Below are positions 43,363-54,693 of a stretch of DNA of 64,000 nt, piece by piece (positions within the stretch are counted from its first letter, which is position 1; every line of letters begins with the position of its first letter). A program made the position numbers and the translations under genes. The notes below the pieces were generated by a model. The model was not told the origin of the DNA. It searched no databases and saw only the letters and a list, made by a program, of their open reading frames with translations. This stretch comes from Alphaproteobacteria bacterium MarineAlpha5_Bin9 (lineage in GTDB: Bacteria > Pseudomonadota > Alphaproteobacteria > HIMB59 > GCA-002718135): NCBI GenBank assembly GCA_002937895.1, contig PTKV01000004.1, positions 11,496 to 75,495 on the forward strand. Reading direction: 5' to 3'.

Positions 43363-44652
43363 ATGTCAAATGATTTCAAAGTTAAAGATATTTCTTTAAG
43401 TGACTGGGGAAGAAAAGAAATAGAAATTGCAGAAACAGAAATGCCCGGACTTATGGCATTAAGGGAAGAATATGGAAGTTCAAAACCTTTATCTGGGGCT
43501 AATATAGTTGGGTGTCTTCATATGACCATCCAAACCGCAGTTCTTATAGAAACATTAATTGCTTTAGGCGCCTCTGTAAGATGGAGTTCATGTAATATTT
43601 TTTCTACACAGGATCAAGCTGCTGCAGCTATAGCTGCAAAAGGTATACCCGTTTTTGCTTGGAAGGGTATGAATGAAGATGAATTTTGGTGGTGTATTGA
43701 ACAAACTTTGTCTGGTCCTATGAAATGGAAGCCAAATATGATTTTAGATGATGGTGGAGATGCTACAAAGATTATTCATGAAAAATATCCAGATTTATTA
43801 AAAAATATCAAAGGCTTATCTGAAGAAACAACAACGGGTGTTCATCGTTTAAAAGAAATGGAAAAAAAGGGATTATTAAAAGTACCAGCTATAAATGTTA
43901 ATGACTCAGTTACTAAATCAAAATTTGATAATCTATATGGATGTAAAGAAAGTTTAGTAGATGGTATCAGAAGAGGAACTGATGTTATGATGGCAGGTAA
44001 AGTAGCTGTTGTTGCAGGCTATGGAGATGTAGGAAAAGGATCTGCTGCAAGTTTAAGAGGTGCTGGCGCAAGGGTTTGTGTTACTGAAGTAGATCCTATA
44101 AATGCTCTTCAAGCCGCTATGGAAGGTTATGAGGTGGTAACCATGGATGATGCCTCTATATATGGAGATATTTTTGTAACAGCTACAGGAAATAAAGACA
44201 TAATAACGATTGATCATATGAGAAAAATGAAAGATAGGGCAATTGTTTGTAATATAGGACATTTTGATAATGAAATTCAGACTGAAGCATTAAGAAATTA
44301 TAAATCTGAAGAAATAAAACCACAAGTAGATGAAATAGAATTTCCTGATGGTAAAAAGTTAATTTTATTATCTCAAGGCAGGTTAGTAAATTTAGGAAAT
44401 GCTACTGGTCACCCAAGTTTTGTTATGAGTGCATCATTTAGTAATCAAGTTATGGCACAAATTGAGTTATGGAAAAATTCAAATCAATATGAAAAAAAAG
44501 TTTATGTTCTCCCTAAACATTTGGATGAAAAAGTTGCTTTACTTCACTTAAAAAAAGTAGGAGCAAAGTTAACAAAATTAACTGAAGATCAAGCCAAATA
44601 TATTGGGGTAAATATAAATGGCCCCTTCAAAGATGACACATATAGATATTAA
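43363..44652 (+). CDS. ahcY: adenosylhomocysteinase
   Basis: 429 aa with the NAD-binding loop GYGDVGKG and high overall similarity to AhcY. Confidence 0.95.
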   Translation: MSNDFKVKDISLSDWGRKEIEIAETEMPGLMALREEYGSSKPLSGANIVGCLHMTIQTAVLIETLIALGASVRWSSCNIFSTQDQAAAAIAAKGIPVFAWKGMNEDEFWWCIEQTLSGPMKWKPNMILDDGGDATKIIHEKYPDLLKNIKGLSEETTTGVHRLKEMEKKGLLKVPAINVNDSVTKSKFDNLYGCKESLVDGIRRGTDVMMAGKVAVVAGYGDVGKGSAASLRGAGARVCVTEVDPINALQAAMEGYEVVTMDDASIYGDIFVTATGNKDIITIDHMRKMKDRAIVCNIGHFDNEIQTEALRNYKSEEIKPQVDEIEFPDGKKLILLSQGRLVNLGNATGHPSFVMSASFSNQVMAQIELWKNSNQYEKKVYVLPKHLDEKVALLHLKKVGAKLTKLTEDQAKYIGVNINGPFKDDTYRY

Positions 44653-44660
44653 TATAGAAA

Positions 44661-45596
44661 GTGGAAACTTTTACTGAAAAAATAATTAATAATAATAATA
44701 ATTTATTATTAATAGATGGAGCTACAGGTACAGAATTTCAAAAAAGAGGCATAGTCTTAGATAATAAAATTTGGACCGGTTTAGCAGGTTATACGCATCC
44801 TAAAATACTAGAAGAAATACATGAAAGTTACATAAAATCTGGTTCTAAAATTATTACTACAAATACTTTTGCATCTGCAAAACATAATATACATGAAGTG
44901 GATAAAAATTTAGATTTTAAGGAAATTAATTTAAAAACAATTCAATGTGCTATTAATGCTAGAGAAAAATATAGCCACTTAGATATTAAAATTGCTGGGT
45001 CTTTATCTTTAGCATTTACTGCTAATAGATATGAAATAGATACTTTTCCAAGTATTTGTTCACCTTCTTATGAAGAATTGTTAAATAATTTTAGAGAACA
45101 GATTAATTTATTTATACAAAAAAATGTTGATTTAATTATTTTAGAAATGATTGCTCATCCACAATCATCAGAACCTCTTATTCAAGCAACTATTGAATCG
45201 GGTCTTCCATATTGGATAGGTATTTCAGGAGGTGCAACAAATGCAAATGGTGATGCCCTGGCTTTTTCAGCAAATACCTTATTACTCAAAGAAGTTATAA
45301 GTAAACTTCCAAATTCTGCTGAAGCTACTTTATTAATGCACACCGAAATAGACAATATAGATAATTGTCTTAAAGTTTTAAAAAATAATTCATTATCTAA
45401 ATATAATGGTGTTTATCCGCATAGTGGTGATTTTAAAATTCCAACTTGGGACTTTGACAAAGGGTATACTCCTAAATTGTTTTTAAATGACATCAAAAAA
45501 TGGGTTGATTCATATGATTTGAAAATAATTGGAGGATGTTGTGGAATTAGCTCTCAACATATTAAAAAATTAAAAAAAAATTTAATTGCATCTTGA
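44661..45596 (+). CDS. homocysteine S-methyltransferase family protein (BhmT/MmuM-like)
   Basis: 311 aa with an N-terminal LIDGATGTE motif and a C-terminal zinc-site motif GGCCG. GTG start. Confidence 0.8.
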   Translation: METFTEKIINNNNNLLLIDGATGTEFQKRGIVLDNKIWTGLAGYTHPKILEEIHESYIKSGSKIITTNTFASAKHNIHEVDKNLDFKEINLKTIQCAINAREKYSHLDIKIAGSLSLAFTANRYEIDTFPSICSPSYEELLNNFREQINLFIQKNVDLIILEMIAHPQSSEPLIQATIESGLPYWIGISGGATNANGDALAFSANTLLLKEVISKLPNSAEATLLMHTEIDNIDNCLKVLKNNSLSKYNGVYPHSGDFKIPTWDFDKGYTPKLFLNDIKKWVDSYDLKIIGGCCGISSQHIKKLKKNLIAS

Positions 45597-45627
45597 AGAA
45601 TTTATTATAGTTTAATAAAAAGCAATT

Positions 45628-46788
45628 ATGAAAAGATCTTATTTATTCACTAGCGAGTCTGTGTCTGAAGGACATCCAGATAAAGTATGTGATCAAATTT
45701 CTGATATGGTAGTAGATACTTATTTGAAGGAAAATCCAATGTCCCGTGTTGCATGTGAAACTCTTGCTACTACGAATAAGGTAGTCTTAGCAGGAGAAAC
45801 AAGAGGTGCAAAAATAGATAGAGAATATATTATTAGCAATGTAAGAAAATGTATTAAAGAAATTGGATACGAACAAGAAGGTTTTCATTGGGAAAAATGT
45901 GATATTCAATCATATCTACATGAACAATCCTCAGATATTGCTATGGGGGTAGATGCATCAAGCAACAAAGATGAAGGAGCTGGTGATCAAGGTATTATGT
46001 TTGGTTATGCTTGCAAGGAAACAGAAGAATTTATGCCTGCTCCAATATATTACTCACATTTAATTTTAAGCAAAATGGCAGATTATAGAAAGCAAGGTAA
46101 ACTAGAAATTCTTGAGCCGGATTCAAAAAGTCAAATAACTTTTTTATATGAGAATGGGCTTCCTAAAAAAATATCATCTTTAGTAATATCAACACAACAC
46201 AAAGAAGGAAATTCTCCTGATGAAATAAAGGACATCTTAAAACCACTGGTTTATGAATGTATTCCTGAAAATTTTTTAAATGATTTTGATGACAAAGAGT
46301 TCTATGTAAATCCAACGGGTAATTTTGTTATTGGTGGTCCAGATGGAGATACTGGTTTAACAGGAAGAAAAATTATTGTTGATACCTATGGAGGAGCAGC
46401 CCCTCATGGGGGAGGTGCATTTTCAGGAAAAGATCCAACAAAAGTTGATCGTTCAGCTGCATATGCTGCTAGATATTTGGCAAAAAATATAGTTGCAGCA
46501 AATTTAGCTGATCAATGTATCATTCAACTTTCTTATGCTATAGGAATCTCTAAACCTTTATCAATATATTTAGATACAAAAGGAACATCTAAGGTAGACG
46601 AATCAAAAATTCAAAAGTTAATTCCAGATTTATTTGATTTAAGTCCAAGAGGTATTCGAGAGCATCTTCAATTGAATAATCCAATATACCAACCGACAGC
46701 AGCATATGGACATTTTGGAAGAAAAAATGAAAATAATTTGTTTACATGGGAAAAAATTGATTTAATAGATGAGTTAAAAAATATTTAA
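45628..46788 (+). CDS. metK: S-adenosylmethionine synthase
   Basis: 386 aa with the motifs [12 protein letters not shown] and [16 protein letters not shown]. Confidence 0.96.
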   Translation: MKRSYLFTSESVSEGHPDKVCDQISDMVVDTYLKENPMSRVACETLATTNKVVLAGETRGAKIDREYIISNVRKCIKEIGYEQEGFHWEKCDIQSYLHEQSSDIAMGVDASSNKDEGAGDQGIMFGYACKETEEFMPAPIYYSHLILSKMADYRKQGKLEILEPDSKSQITFLYENGLPKKISSLVISTQHKEGNSPDEIKDILKPLVYECIPENFLNDFDDKEFYVNPTGNFVIGGPDGDTGLTGRKIIVDTYGGAAPHGGGAFSGKDPTKVDRSAAYAARYLAKNIVAANLADQCIIQLSYAIGISKPLSIYLDTKGTSKVDESKIQKLIPDLFDLSPRGIREHLQLNNPIYQPTAAYGHFGRKNENNLFTWEKIDLIDELKNI

Positions 46789-46792
46789 AAGA

Positions 46793-47248
46793 TTGAAAAA
46801 TAATACTTCATTTAAGTTTAATTTAAAAAAATTAGAAAATTTTTCAATTTCTTTATCAAAACGCTTAAAAAAATCAGATGTTATATTATTAGAAGGTGAT
46901 TTAGGTAGTGGTAAAACAACATTTACTAGGTTTTTGATTAATTCTTTGTTTAAAATAAATAAATTAAAAAAACCAAAAACAATTCAAAGTCCCACTTTTC
47001 CTTTACTTATAAATTATAATTTAGGCATTATTGAAATTTTGCATTATGACTTATTTAGAATAACAACTAAAAAAGAATTAAATGAATTGGGATTATTTGA
47101 AAATATTGAAGGAAATATTAGTATAATAGAATGGCCAAAAATGTTGAAAAAAAATATAAAAGAATATTATTTTATTAAATTTTCATTAATAGATACAGAG
47201 AGCAGAAAATTGCAAATTTCTCATTCATCAAAAAATATTAAATTCTAA
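46793..47248 (+). CDS. tsaE: tRNA t6A37 synthesis ATPase TsaE (YjeE)
   Basis: 151 aa with the P-loop GDLGSGKTTFTR. TTG start. Confidence 0.8.
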   Translation: MKNNTSFKFNLKKLENFSISLSKRLKKSDVILLEGDLGSGKTTFTRFLINSLFKINKLKKPKTIQSPTFPLLINYNLGIIEILHYDLFRITTKKELNELGLFENIEGNISIIEWPKMLKKNIKEYYFIKFSLIDTESRKLQISHSSKNIKF

Positions 47249-47250
47249 AT

Positions 47251-48222
47251 GTGAATAAAAAAGATATTAAAAATATATTACCCCCCGCATTTGATGAATA
47301 TCAAATAAATACAGTTGAACAAGATGCTTCCAATAGAAAATATTACCGTATAAAGAAAGGAAAAAATAATTATTTATTAGTTGATTCGTCAGATGAACCA
47401 CAACAATATAAAAATTTTATAAAAGTTCACAATATTTTATCACAATATAGAGTATCTATTCCTAAAATTTATTATATTGATGATTATCTAAAAACTGTTG
47501 TAATTGAAGATTTTGGAAAGCTAAGATATGATAAAATAATTAATAAAGAAAATACCAAGAAGATTTTAAAATTTGCAATAGATTCTTTAATTATATTTAA
47601 AAATCAAATCTCATTTAAAAAAAATTATTTTTTACCTATTTATAACTATAATACTTTTAAGAAAGAAATATCTGAATTTGTTGATGATTATTATTATTAT
47701 CATTCAAAAAAAAATATTAAATTAAGTAGAAGAAGTCTTTTTTTTAATACTTGGAAGCAGCAATATAATAAATTTTCGTTTAATTTCGATAGTTTTGTTC
47801 ATAAAGATTTTAATTTAAATAATTTATTTTATTTACCAAAAAGAACTAGTAATCTTAAATGTGGCATTATTGATTTCCAAGATAGTTTTTGGGGAGAGGA
47901 TTGTTGGGATTTATTTTCAATTTTAGAAGATTCCAGAGTTTTTTTTGATGATAAATTTAATGAAGAATTAATAGAATATTATTGTACAAAAACATTTCAA
48001 ATAAAGAAAAAAAAGGATTTCACAGAGAAATATGATTTCTTTAATTGTGCCAGACAAACAAGATTGATGGGAAGATGGATAAAATTACATAAAAAAAACA
48101 AAAGTTATTTAAAATATCTCAAAATTACTAAAAAAAGATTACTTAAAAGTTTAAATAAACCGCATATGACAACATTGCTGAAAATGTATATTAAGCTATT
48201 ACCAGATGAATTTGAAAATTAA
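47251..48222 (+). CDS. amgK: APH-fold kinase, AmgK-like (MurNAc/GlcNAc anomeric kinase)
   Basis: 323 aa with the catalytic motifs HKDFNLNN and IDFQDSFWGEDCWDL, which resemble AmgK. The tsaE-amgK-murU order is from memory. GTG start. Confidence 0.6.
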   Translation: MNKKDIKNILPPAFDEYQINTVEQDASNRKYYRIKKGKNNYLLVDSSDEPQQYKNFIKVHNILSQYRVSIPKIYYIDDYLKTVVIEDFGKLRYDKIINKENTKKILKFAIDSLIIFKNQISFKKNYFLPIYNYNTFKKEISEFVDDYYYYHSKKNIKLSRRSLFFNTWKQQYNKFSFNFDSFVHKDFNLNNLFYLPKRTSNLKCGIIDFQDSFWGEDCWDLFSILEDSRVFFDDKFNEELIEYYCTKTFQIKKKKDFTEKYDFFNCARQTRLMGRWIKLHKKNKSYLKYLKITKKRLLKSLNKPHMTTLLKMYIKLLPDEFEN

Positions 48223-48904
48223 AAATATTTCATTAATGATTTTATCAGCAGGATATGGCAAAAGATTAAGACCCTTAACTGATACTGTTCCTAAACCATT
48301 AATAAAAATTAAAAATACTACTTTATTAGGAAATATTATTAACAATACTTCTTTCACTGAAATGATTATCAATATTCATTATAAAAGTGAAATAATAAAA
48401 AATTATATAAGAGATAAGTTTCCTGAAAAGAATATTATTTTATCTTATGAAAAAAAATTACTTGATACTGCAGGTGGAGTAAAAAATGCATCAAAACATA
48501 TATCTAATGACTTTGCTTTAGTATTAAATAGTGATGTTTTTTGGAGCAAGATGAATTTTAAAGAAATACTTAACTCTATACAGTCTTTACATAAAGATAC
48601 AAAATGTAAACTTTTTTTAATTGAATCCAAAAATGCATATGGAATTGATAAAGTTAATGGAGATTTTAGTATTAAAAATGGTAAATTAGAAAGATACAAT
48701 TATAATTTTCCGAAATTATATTATTCAGGTGCTCAAATTATTTCTTTAAATTTTTTAAAATCTTATAAAAAAAATATTTTTTCATTTAATCTTATATGGG
48801 ATGACTTAATTAAAAAAAATATGTTAGAAGGTGAAATAATTAAATCAAAATGGTATCATGTGGGAGATTATAAAGGTTTAAATATTGTAAAAGATTTAGA
48901 TTGA
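48206..48904 (+). CDS. murU: sugar-1-phosphate nucleotidyltransferase, MurU-like
   Basis: 232 aa with the N-terminal motif SAGYGKRLRPLTDTVPKPL. It overlaps amgK by 17 nt. Confidence 0.65.
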   Translation: MNLKIKNISLMILSAGYGKRLRPLTDTVPKPLIKIKNTTLLGNIINNTSFTEMIINIHYKSEIIKNYIRDKFPEKNIILSYEKKLLDTAGGVKNASKHISNDFALVLNSDVFWSKMNFKEILNSIQSLHKDTKCKLFLIESKNAYGIDKVNGDFSIKNGKLERYNYNFPKLYYSGAQIISLNFLKSYKKNIFSFNLIWDDLIKKNMLEGEIIKSKWYHVGDYKGLNIVKDLD

Positions 48905-48934
48905 TTTTTATTATTTAATTACTATTTATATTAT

Positions 48935-49273
48935 ATGAATAATATAACAGATGATAATATTACACACACTTCAGATGCTAATTTTGATAAGGATGTTTTA
49001 AATTCAAAATCTCTAACACTTATAGATTTTTGGGCTGAATGGTGTGGTCCTTGCAAACAAATAGCTCCGATTTTGAAAGAAATTGCTGATGAAAAAAAAG
49101 GATTACTTAAAATTGTCAAGATTAATATTGATGAAAATCAAATGATACCTCAAAAATATAATGTTAGGGGTATACCTACGCTAATGTTGTTTAAAGAAGG
49201 AAAACTAATTGATTCAAAAGTTGGTTCTTTGCCAAAATCATCTTTGTCTCAATGGTTAGAAGAGTATTTATAA
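48935..49273 (+). CDS. trxA: thioredoxin
   Basis: 112 aa with the active site WCGPC. Confidence 0.93.
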   Translation: MNNITDDNITHTSDANFDKDVLNSKSLTLIDFWAEWCGPCKQIAPILKEIADEKKGLLKIVKINIDENQMIPQKYNVRGIPTLMLFKEGKLIDSKVGSLPKSSLSQWLEEYL

Positions 49274-50536
49274 TAAATATTTTCTTGTTTTACCAACTAA
49301 ATATAATGATCCAGTAACTATTATTCTATCTGGCTTAATTTTATTTATTAAATATTTATTTGCTTTATTAAAGGAATCAATAATTTTATTTTCAATATTC
49401 AATTTATCACATATTTTACTTATTTCATAAGGCTCATAAGAATTTTTTTGTTCAGGTATTTTTATACAGATTACACCGTTTATATTCTCTTTAAGAATTT
49501 TCAAAAAAGTTAAAATATCTTTATTATTCATCATTCCTAAAATTAACCAAGTATCTATTTTAGATATTTTCATAAAATTAGATAATTTTATTGCTCCTTC
49601 AGGATTATGTGCACCATCAAAATAATATTCAATTGAGTCAAATATAAATTTTTCTAATCTTCCTTCCCATTTAGTTTTTACTAAACCTTTGTTTATTGCT
49701 ATTTTGCTTAATTTAAATTTTTTTCTTTTTAATTCATAACAAGCAGCAAGCGCTGTTGATGCATTTTCAATTTGATGTGTACCGATTAAATTAGGTTTAG
49801 AATATTTATAATCAATATTAAAATGTTTAAAAATAAAAGAATTTTTTTGTATTTTTTTAATTTCGTAATGCTTATTATAAATTATTTTATTATTTTTTAA
49901 ATTTTTTATATTTTTTGAAATATATTTCATAGTATTGTTGTTTTGTTTTGAAATAATAATAGAACTTTTCTTTTTAATAATACCTAATTTTTCATTAACT
50001 ATTTTCATAAGTGAACTGCCAAGGAATTCTTGATGGTCTAATCCAATTGGTGTAATTATATTTATAATTGGATTTTGAATTACATTAGTTGCATCATATT
50101 TCCCCCCTAAACCAGTTTCTAGAATTAAAAAATCTGCTCGATTTTTATTGAACAAATAAAAAGCTGCAGCTGTAGTAATTTCAAAAAAAGTAATTGGCTT
50201 TTTGTTGTTGATTTTTTCAATATATTTAAGCGCACTAATTAGTTTTTTTTTTGAAACTATTTTGTTTTTTAAAGTAATTCTTTCTTCAAATTTTTCTAGA
50301 TGTGGAGATATGTAACAATTAACACTATATTTATTTTGAATTAAAATTTCTTTTATATAACTTAAGGTTGATCCTTTGCCATTTGTTCCAGCAATATGAA
50401 TTACATTTGAAAGTTTTAGATGTGGATTATCTATTTTATTAAGTAATTTTATTAATCTATTTAGTTGCAAATCAATATATTTAGGATGCAATTTCTGAAA
50501 TCTAGACAAAAGATTCTTAAGAATCCTTTCACTCAT
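49268..50536 (-). CDS. folC: dihydrofolate synthase / folylpolyglutamate synthase
   Basis: 422 aa Mur-ligase fold with the P-loop AGTNGKGST. It lies downstream of accD, as in E. coli. Confidence 0.85.
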   Translation of the reverse strand: MSERILKNLLSRFQKLHPKYIDLQLNRLIKLLNKIDNPHLKLSNVIHIAGTNGKGSTLSYIKEILIQNKYSVNCYISPHLEKFEERITLKNKIVSKKKLISALKYIEKINNKKPITFFEITTAAAFYLFNKNRADFLILETGLGGKYDATNVIQNPIINIITPIGLDHQEFLGSSLMKIVNEKLGIIKKKSSIIISKQNNNTMKYISKNIKNLKNNKIIYNKHYEIKKIQKNSFIFKHFNIDYKYSKPNLIGTHQIENASTALAACYELKRKKFKLSKIAINKGLVKTKWEGRLEKFIFDSIEYYFDGAHNPEGAIKLSNFMKISKIDTWLILGMMNNKDILTFLKILKENINGVICIKIPEQKNSYEPYEISKICDKLNIENKIIDSFNKANKYLINKIKPDRIIVTGSLYLVGKTRKYLL

Positions 50537-51381
50537 TTTTGTAAGTGTGATAGAATTATTAAAAGCTTTTGATATAAATTTTTTCTATCAACAACAACAT
50601 CAACCATGCCGTGTTCTTTTAAATATTCTGATTTTTGAAAGTTAGATGGTAAATCTTCTCTAATAGTATCTTGAATTACCCTTTTTCCTGCAAATCCAAT
50701 TGTTGAATCATTTTCAGCAATTAGAATATCTGCAAGCATGGCAAAAGAGGCTGTTACACCACCTGTGGTTGGATCAGTCAAAACAACAATATATGGAATA
50801 TTTTTTTTAGATAGTTTTTGAACTGCTGCAACTGTTTTGGGCATTTGCATAAGACTTACAATGCCCTCTTGCATTCTAGCCCCACCTGAACTGGTAAATA
50901 ATATTAGAGGTTTATTTTCTTCTAAGCAAATATTTGATGCTTTTACTATGGCTGATCCAACATATTTACCCATTGAACCGCCCATAAAATCAAAATTCAT
51001 TAAACCAACTATAATATTTATTGATCCTATATTTGTTCTTCCTAATACTATTGCATCTTCTCTATTAGTTTTTTTTCTATATTCTTTTAACCTATCAGTA
51101 TATTTTTTTTTATCTACGAATTTTAATGGATCTTCTATAACTTTATCTATAGCAATTTCATTAAAATTTTTTTTCCCGAATAAACTTTCGATTCTTTTAT
51201 CTATAGATATTCTAAAGTGAAAATTACATTCAGTGCATATATTAAGATTTTCTTGAAGATCTTTGTGATGTAACATTTTTTTACATTTTGGGCAATTTTG
51301 CCAAAGATTTTCAGGAATATCTTTTCTTTTACTGACAAGTGCACTTAATTTCGGTTTAACAAAATCAGTTAACCAATTCAT
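50533..51381 (-). CDS. accD: acetyl-CoA carboxylase carboxyltransferase beta subunit
   Basis: 282 aa with an N-terminal zinc ribbon (CPKC...CTEC) and a carboxyltransferase domain. Confidence 0.93.
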   Translation of the reverse strand: MNWLTDFVKPKLSALVSKRKDIPENLWQNCPKCKKMLHHKDLQENLNICTECNFHFRISIDKRIESLFGKKNFNEIAIDKVIEDPLKFVDKKKYTDRLKEYRKKTNREDAIVLGRTNIGSINIIVGLMNFDFMGGSMGKYVGSAIVKASNICLEENKPLILFTSSGGARMQEGIVSLMQMPKTVAAVQKLSKKNIPYIVVLTDPTTGGVTASFAMLADILIAENDSTIGFAGKRVIQDTIREDLPSNFQKSEYLKEHGMVDVVVDRKNLYQKLLIILSHLQK

Positions 51382-52175
51382 TATAAAGTTCCCTTTTTTA
51401 ATTTAATTACAAAGTTTTTAATTAATTGAAGAATATGTTTTTTTTTAGATTTAATATTTTTTTCTATTATTTTTACGATAGCAGAACCCACAACAACGCC
51501 ATCACTAAATTTACAAACTTCTCTTACTTGACTGACACTTTTTATTCCAAACCCAGCTACAACTGGTAAATTAGTTTCTTTCTTTATTTCTTTAATTTGT
51601 TTTTTTAAAATTTTAATATCTGCTGATTGTTGACCAGTAATACCAGTAATGGTAACATAATAAAGAAAACCTGAGGCATTTTTTAAAATAGTTTTTAGTC
51701 GATTTTTATCTGTAGTTGGAGTTATTAATCGAATTAGATCAATATTTTTATTTTTCATTAAATCCAATAATTGGGTATCTTCTTCAGGTTGTAAGTCTAC
51801 AATAATTAGTCCATCGATATTCGTTTTTTCACATTTATTAATAAAATTTTTTAATCCATAATTATATATAACATTATAATATCCCATTAAAATAAGAGGA
51901 GTAACAGAATTATTTTGTCTAAATTTTTTACATAAATCAAAAATATTATTTAAATTAATATTTTGTAATATAGCTCTATTGCTAGAAAGTTGAATTGTGG
52001 GCCCATCAGCCATTGGATCAGAAAAAGGCATTCCTATTTCAATTAAATCAGCCCCATTATTAGATAAAATATCAATGATTTTTCTAGAAGTTCTTAAATT
52101 GGGATCACCTCCAGTAACAAATGTAAGTAATTTTTTACTTTTTTTTGAAAAAATTTTATTTATTCTTGTATTCAT
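51381..52175 (-). CDS. trpA: tryptophan synthase alpha chain
   Basis: 264 aa with the motif IEIGMPFSDPMADGPTIQ. Confidence 0.92.
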   Translation of the reverse strand: MNTRINKIFSKKSKKLLTFVTGGDPNLRTSRKIIDILSNNGADLIEIGMPFSDPMADGPTIQLSSNRAILQNINLNNIFDLCKKFRQNNSVTPLILMGYYNVIYNYGLKNFINKCEKTNIDGLIIVDLQPEEDTQLLDLMKNKNIDLIRLITPTTDKNRLKTILKNASGFLYYVTITGITGQQSADIKILKKQIKEIKKETNLPVVAGFGIKSVSQVREVCKFSDGVVVGSAIVKIIEKNIKSKKKHILQLIKNFVIKLKKGTL

Positions 52176-53386
52176 TATAATTTAATATTTAAAGCTTTAG
52201 CTACAGTAAAAATATCCTTATCACCCCTGCCACACATATTCATTACAACTACTTGATTTGAATTCATTTTTGGAACTATTTTCTTTAAGACTGCGAGAGC
52301 ATGAGCAGGTTCTAGAGCAGGTATTATTCCTTCCATTTTGCAACAATATTTAAAAGCTTGAATAGCCTCTTTATCTGTAGCTGATAAATATTTAACTCTT
52401 TTATTGTCATGAAGAAAAGAATGCTCTGGACCTATTCCTGGGTAATCTAGACCAGCTGAGATCGAGTGAGCTTCTTTGATTTGCCCAGAATTTGTTTGTA
52501 ATAAATAGGTTTTGTTACCATGGAGCACTCCTGGTTTTCCACCTGATAAACTTGCAGCATGTTTATTAGAATTTAAACCATATCCTGCTGCTTCAACGGC
52601 AATCATTTTAACTTCTTTGTTATCTAGAAATTCATGAAATAACCCAATAGCATTAGAACCTCCTCCTATACACGCAATTAGTAAATCAGGTAATTTTTTT
52701 TCAAATTCAAAAATTTGTTTTTTTACTTCTTTACCTATAATTGATTGAAAATCTCTTACCATTGTAGGGTATGGATGTGGACCAGCTACTGTTCCAATAA
52801 TATAAAAAGTATTTTTAACATTTGTCACCCAATCTCTTAAAGCTTCATTCATAGCATCTTTCAAAGATTTTGATCCTGATGATACTGGCTTTATTTCTGC
52901 TCCTAATAATTTCATTCTAAATACATTTGGAGATTGTCTTTCAATATCCTTTTCCCCCATATAAACTGTGCATGGTAAATTAAATAAAGCACAAACTGTA
53001 GCTGTAGCAACTCCATGTTGACCCGCTCCTGTTTCAGCTATAATTCTTGTTTTGCCCATTTTTTTTGCAAGAAGTATTTGGCCTAAACAGTTATTTATTT
53101 TGTGAGCACCTGTATGGTTTAGTTCATCCCTTTTAAAATAAACTTTAGCCCCTTTCAGATCATCACTAATTCTTTTAGCAAAGAATAAAGGACTTGGTCT
53201 GCCAACATATTTTTTTAAATAATAATCAAATTCTTTATTAAAAGATTTATCGTTTCTAATTTTTTTGTATTTTTCTTCCACATCTAAAATCAAAGGCATT
53301 AATGTTTCAGCGACATATCGTCCACCATATTTTCCAAAATATCCTTTTTCATCTGGCCATTGCAGATATGAATTTTTTTTATTCAT
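52175..53386 (-). CDS. trpB: tryptophan synthase beta chain
   Basis: 403 aa with the PLP lysine motif HTGAHKINN and the GGGSNAIG loop. Confidence 0.96.
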   Translation of the reverse strand: MNKKNSYLQWPDEKGYFGKYGGRYVAETLMPLILDVEEKYKKIRNDKSFNKEFDYYLKKYVGRPSPLFFAKRISDDLKGAKVYFKRDELNHTGAHKINNCLGQILLAKKMGKTRIIAETGAGQHGVATATVCALFNLPCTVYMGEKDIERQSPNVFRMKLLGAEIKPVSSGSKSLKDAMNEALRDWVTNVKNTFYIIGTVAGPHPYPTMVRDFQSIIGKEVKKQIFEFEKKLPDLLIACIGGGSNAIGLFHEFLDNKEVKMIAVEAAGYGLNSNKHAASLSGGKPGVLHGNKTYLLQTNSGQIKEAHSISAGLDYPGIGPEHSFLHDNKRVKYLSATDKEAIQAFKYCCKMEGIIPALEPAHALAVLKKIVPKMNSNQVVVMNMCGRGDKDIFTVAKALNIKL

Positions 53387-54011
53387 TTATAATATCCATT
53401 ATTTGTTTTATTTTTTTAACATTTTTAATTCCAGGTTTGTCTTCTACACCTGAAGAAATGTCAATTCCATAAGGATCTAAATTATTTAATATTTTATTGA
53501 TATTATTGATGTTTATACCTCCAGATATAAACCAGGGTTTGTTAAATTTTACATCTTTTAAAATATCCCAATTAAAGCTTTTCGCATTACCACCGGGAAG
53601 TTCATTTTTATTAGGTTTATAATCTAATAACAAATAATCTGTTAAAGGATAATTTTCTATTTGATTTAAATCTATAGATTCTCTGATTGCAATATTCTTA
53701 ATTACAGATACTTTAGAATTACTTTTAATTTTTTTAATATATTCATTATCTTCACTTCCATGCAGTTGAACAAATTTTAAGTTAAGTTTATTTATGAATT
53801 CTATTATAAAGTTAATTTTTTCGTCTACAAATACACCTACTGTAGAAATTTTATAATTGGATTTTAAAATATTAATTGCTGTATCTATATTTATATATCT
53901 TGGACTTTTTTTATAAAAAATTAGTCCAGCATAATCAATCATATTTTGATCGCAATAATCAAATATATTAGAATTTTTAATCCCACAAATTTTAATTTTT
54001 ACTTTGCTCAA
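53379..54011 (-). CDS. trpF: phosphoribosylanthranilate isomerase
   Basis: 210 aa starting KIKICGI and carrying the VQLHG motif. It lies upstream of trpB and trpA. Confidence 0.85.
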   Translation of the reverse strand: MSKVKIKICGIKNSNIFDYCDQNMIDYAGLIFYKKSPRYINIDTAINILKSNYKISTVGVFVDEKINFIIEFINKLNLKFVQLHGSEDNEYIKKIKSNSKVSVIKNIAIRESIDLNQIENYPLTDYLLLDYKPNKNELPGGNAKSFNWDILKDVKFNKPWFISGGININNINKILNNLDPYGIDISSGVEDKPGIKNVKKIKQIMDIINE

Positions 54012-54690
54012 TTTCTAAATTAATTTTTCTAATCTCTTTCAAAGGATCCTTCGACAAAAGTATAGGTCTACCTATTACAATGAAATTAGCTCCCAATTCA
54101 ATAGCTTTTTTAGGAGTTAAGGTTCTTTGTTGATCATCTTTTTTTTTATAATTAATAGGTCTAATGCCTGGAGTAATAATAATAAATTTATCATTTACAA
54201 GTTTTCTAATAATTTGGATTTCTTTTGGACTACAAATTACACCATCTAAATTATTTTTATGGGCATTTTTTACAAAATTTTTAACTAATTTTTGTATATT
54301 ATTTTTTGAATAATATTTTTTTATTTGATCTACATCTAAACTTGTTAATATTGAAACACCTAAAATTTTAGTATTTCCTTTTTTTGAAATAGCTAATTTT
54401 TGCATTTCATCCCCACCAGAAATATGTATTGTAGTGAATTCGGCTCTAAGTTTTGATATAGCTTCAATTCCATTCTTTACAGTATTAGGGATATCGTGAA
54501 GTTTTAAATCTAAAAAAATTTTTATTCGTTTTTTTTTTATTTTTTTATAACCATCTAAACCGAAATTTAAAAAAAATTCATAACCTATTTTTACTGCATA
54601 AAGATGATTTTTTATCTTATCTAAAATACTATTTATTTTTTTAAAATTATCAGAGTCCAATGCTAATATGACTCTGTTAGATTTGTTCAT
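53992..54690 (-). CDS. pyrF: orotidine 5'-phosphate decarboxylase
   Basis: 232 aa with the motif DLKLHDIPNTV. Confidence 0.88.
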   Translation of the reverse strand: MNKSNRVILALDSDNFKKINSILDKIKNHLYAVKIGYEFFLNFGLDGYKKIKKKRIKIFLDLKLHDIPNTVKNGIEAISKLRAEFTTIHISGGDEMQKLAISKKGNTKILGVSILTSLDVDQIKKYYSKNNIQKLVKNFVKNAHKNNLDGVICSPKEIQIIRKLVNDKFIIITPGIRPINYKKKDDQQRTLTPKKAIELGANFIVIGRPILLSKDPLKEIRKINLEIEQSKN

Positions 54691-54693
54691 TTT

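Noticed and set aside
43360-45627. SAM riboswitch (SAM-II/SAM-V type) upstream of ahcY, the Hcy methyltransferase or metK
   Set aside because: The gaps are 3, 8 and 31 nt, which is too short for any known SAM aptamer. No pseudoknot-forming motif is visible.
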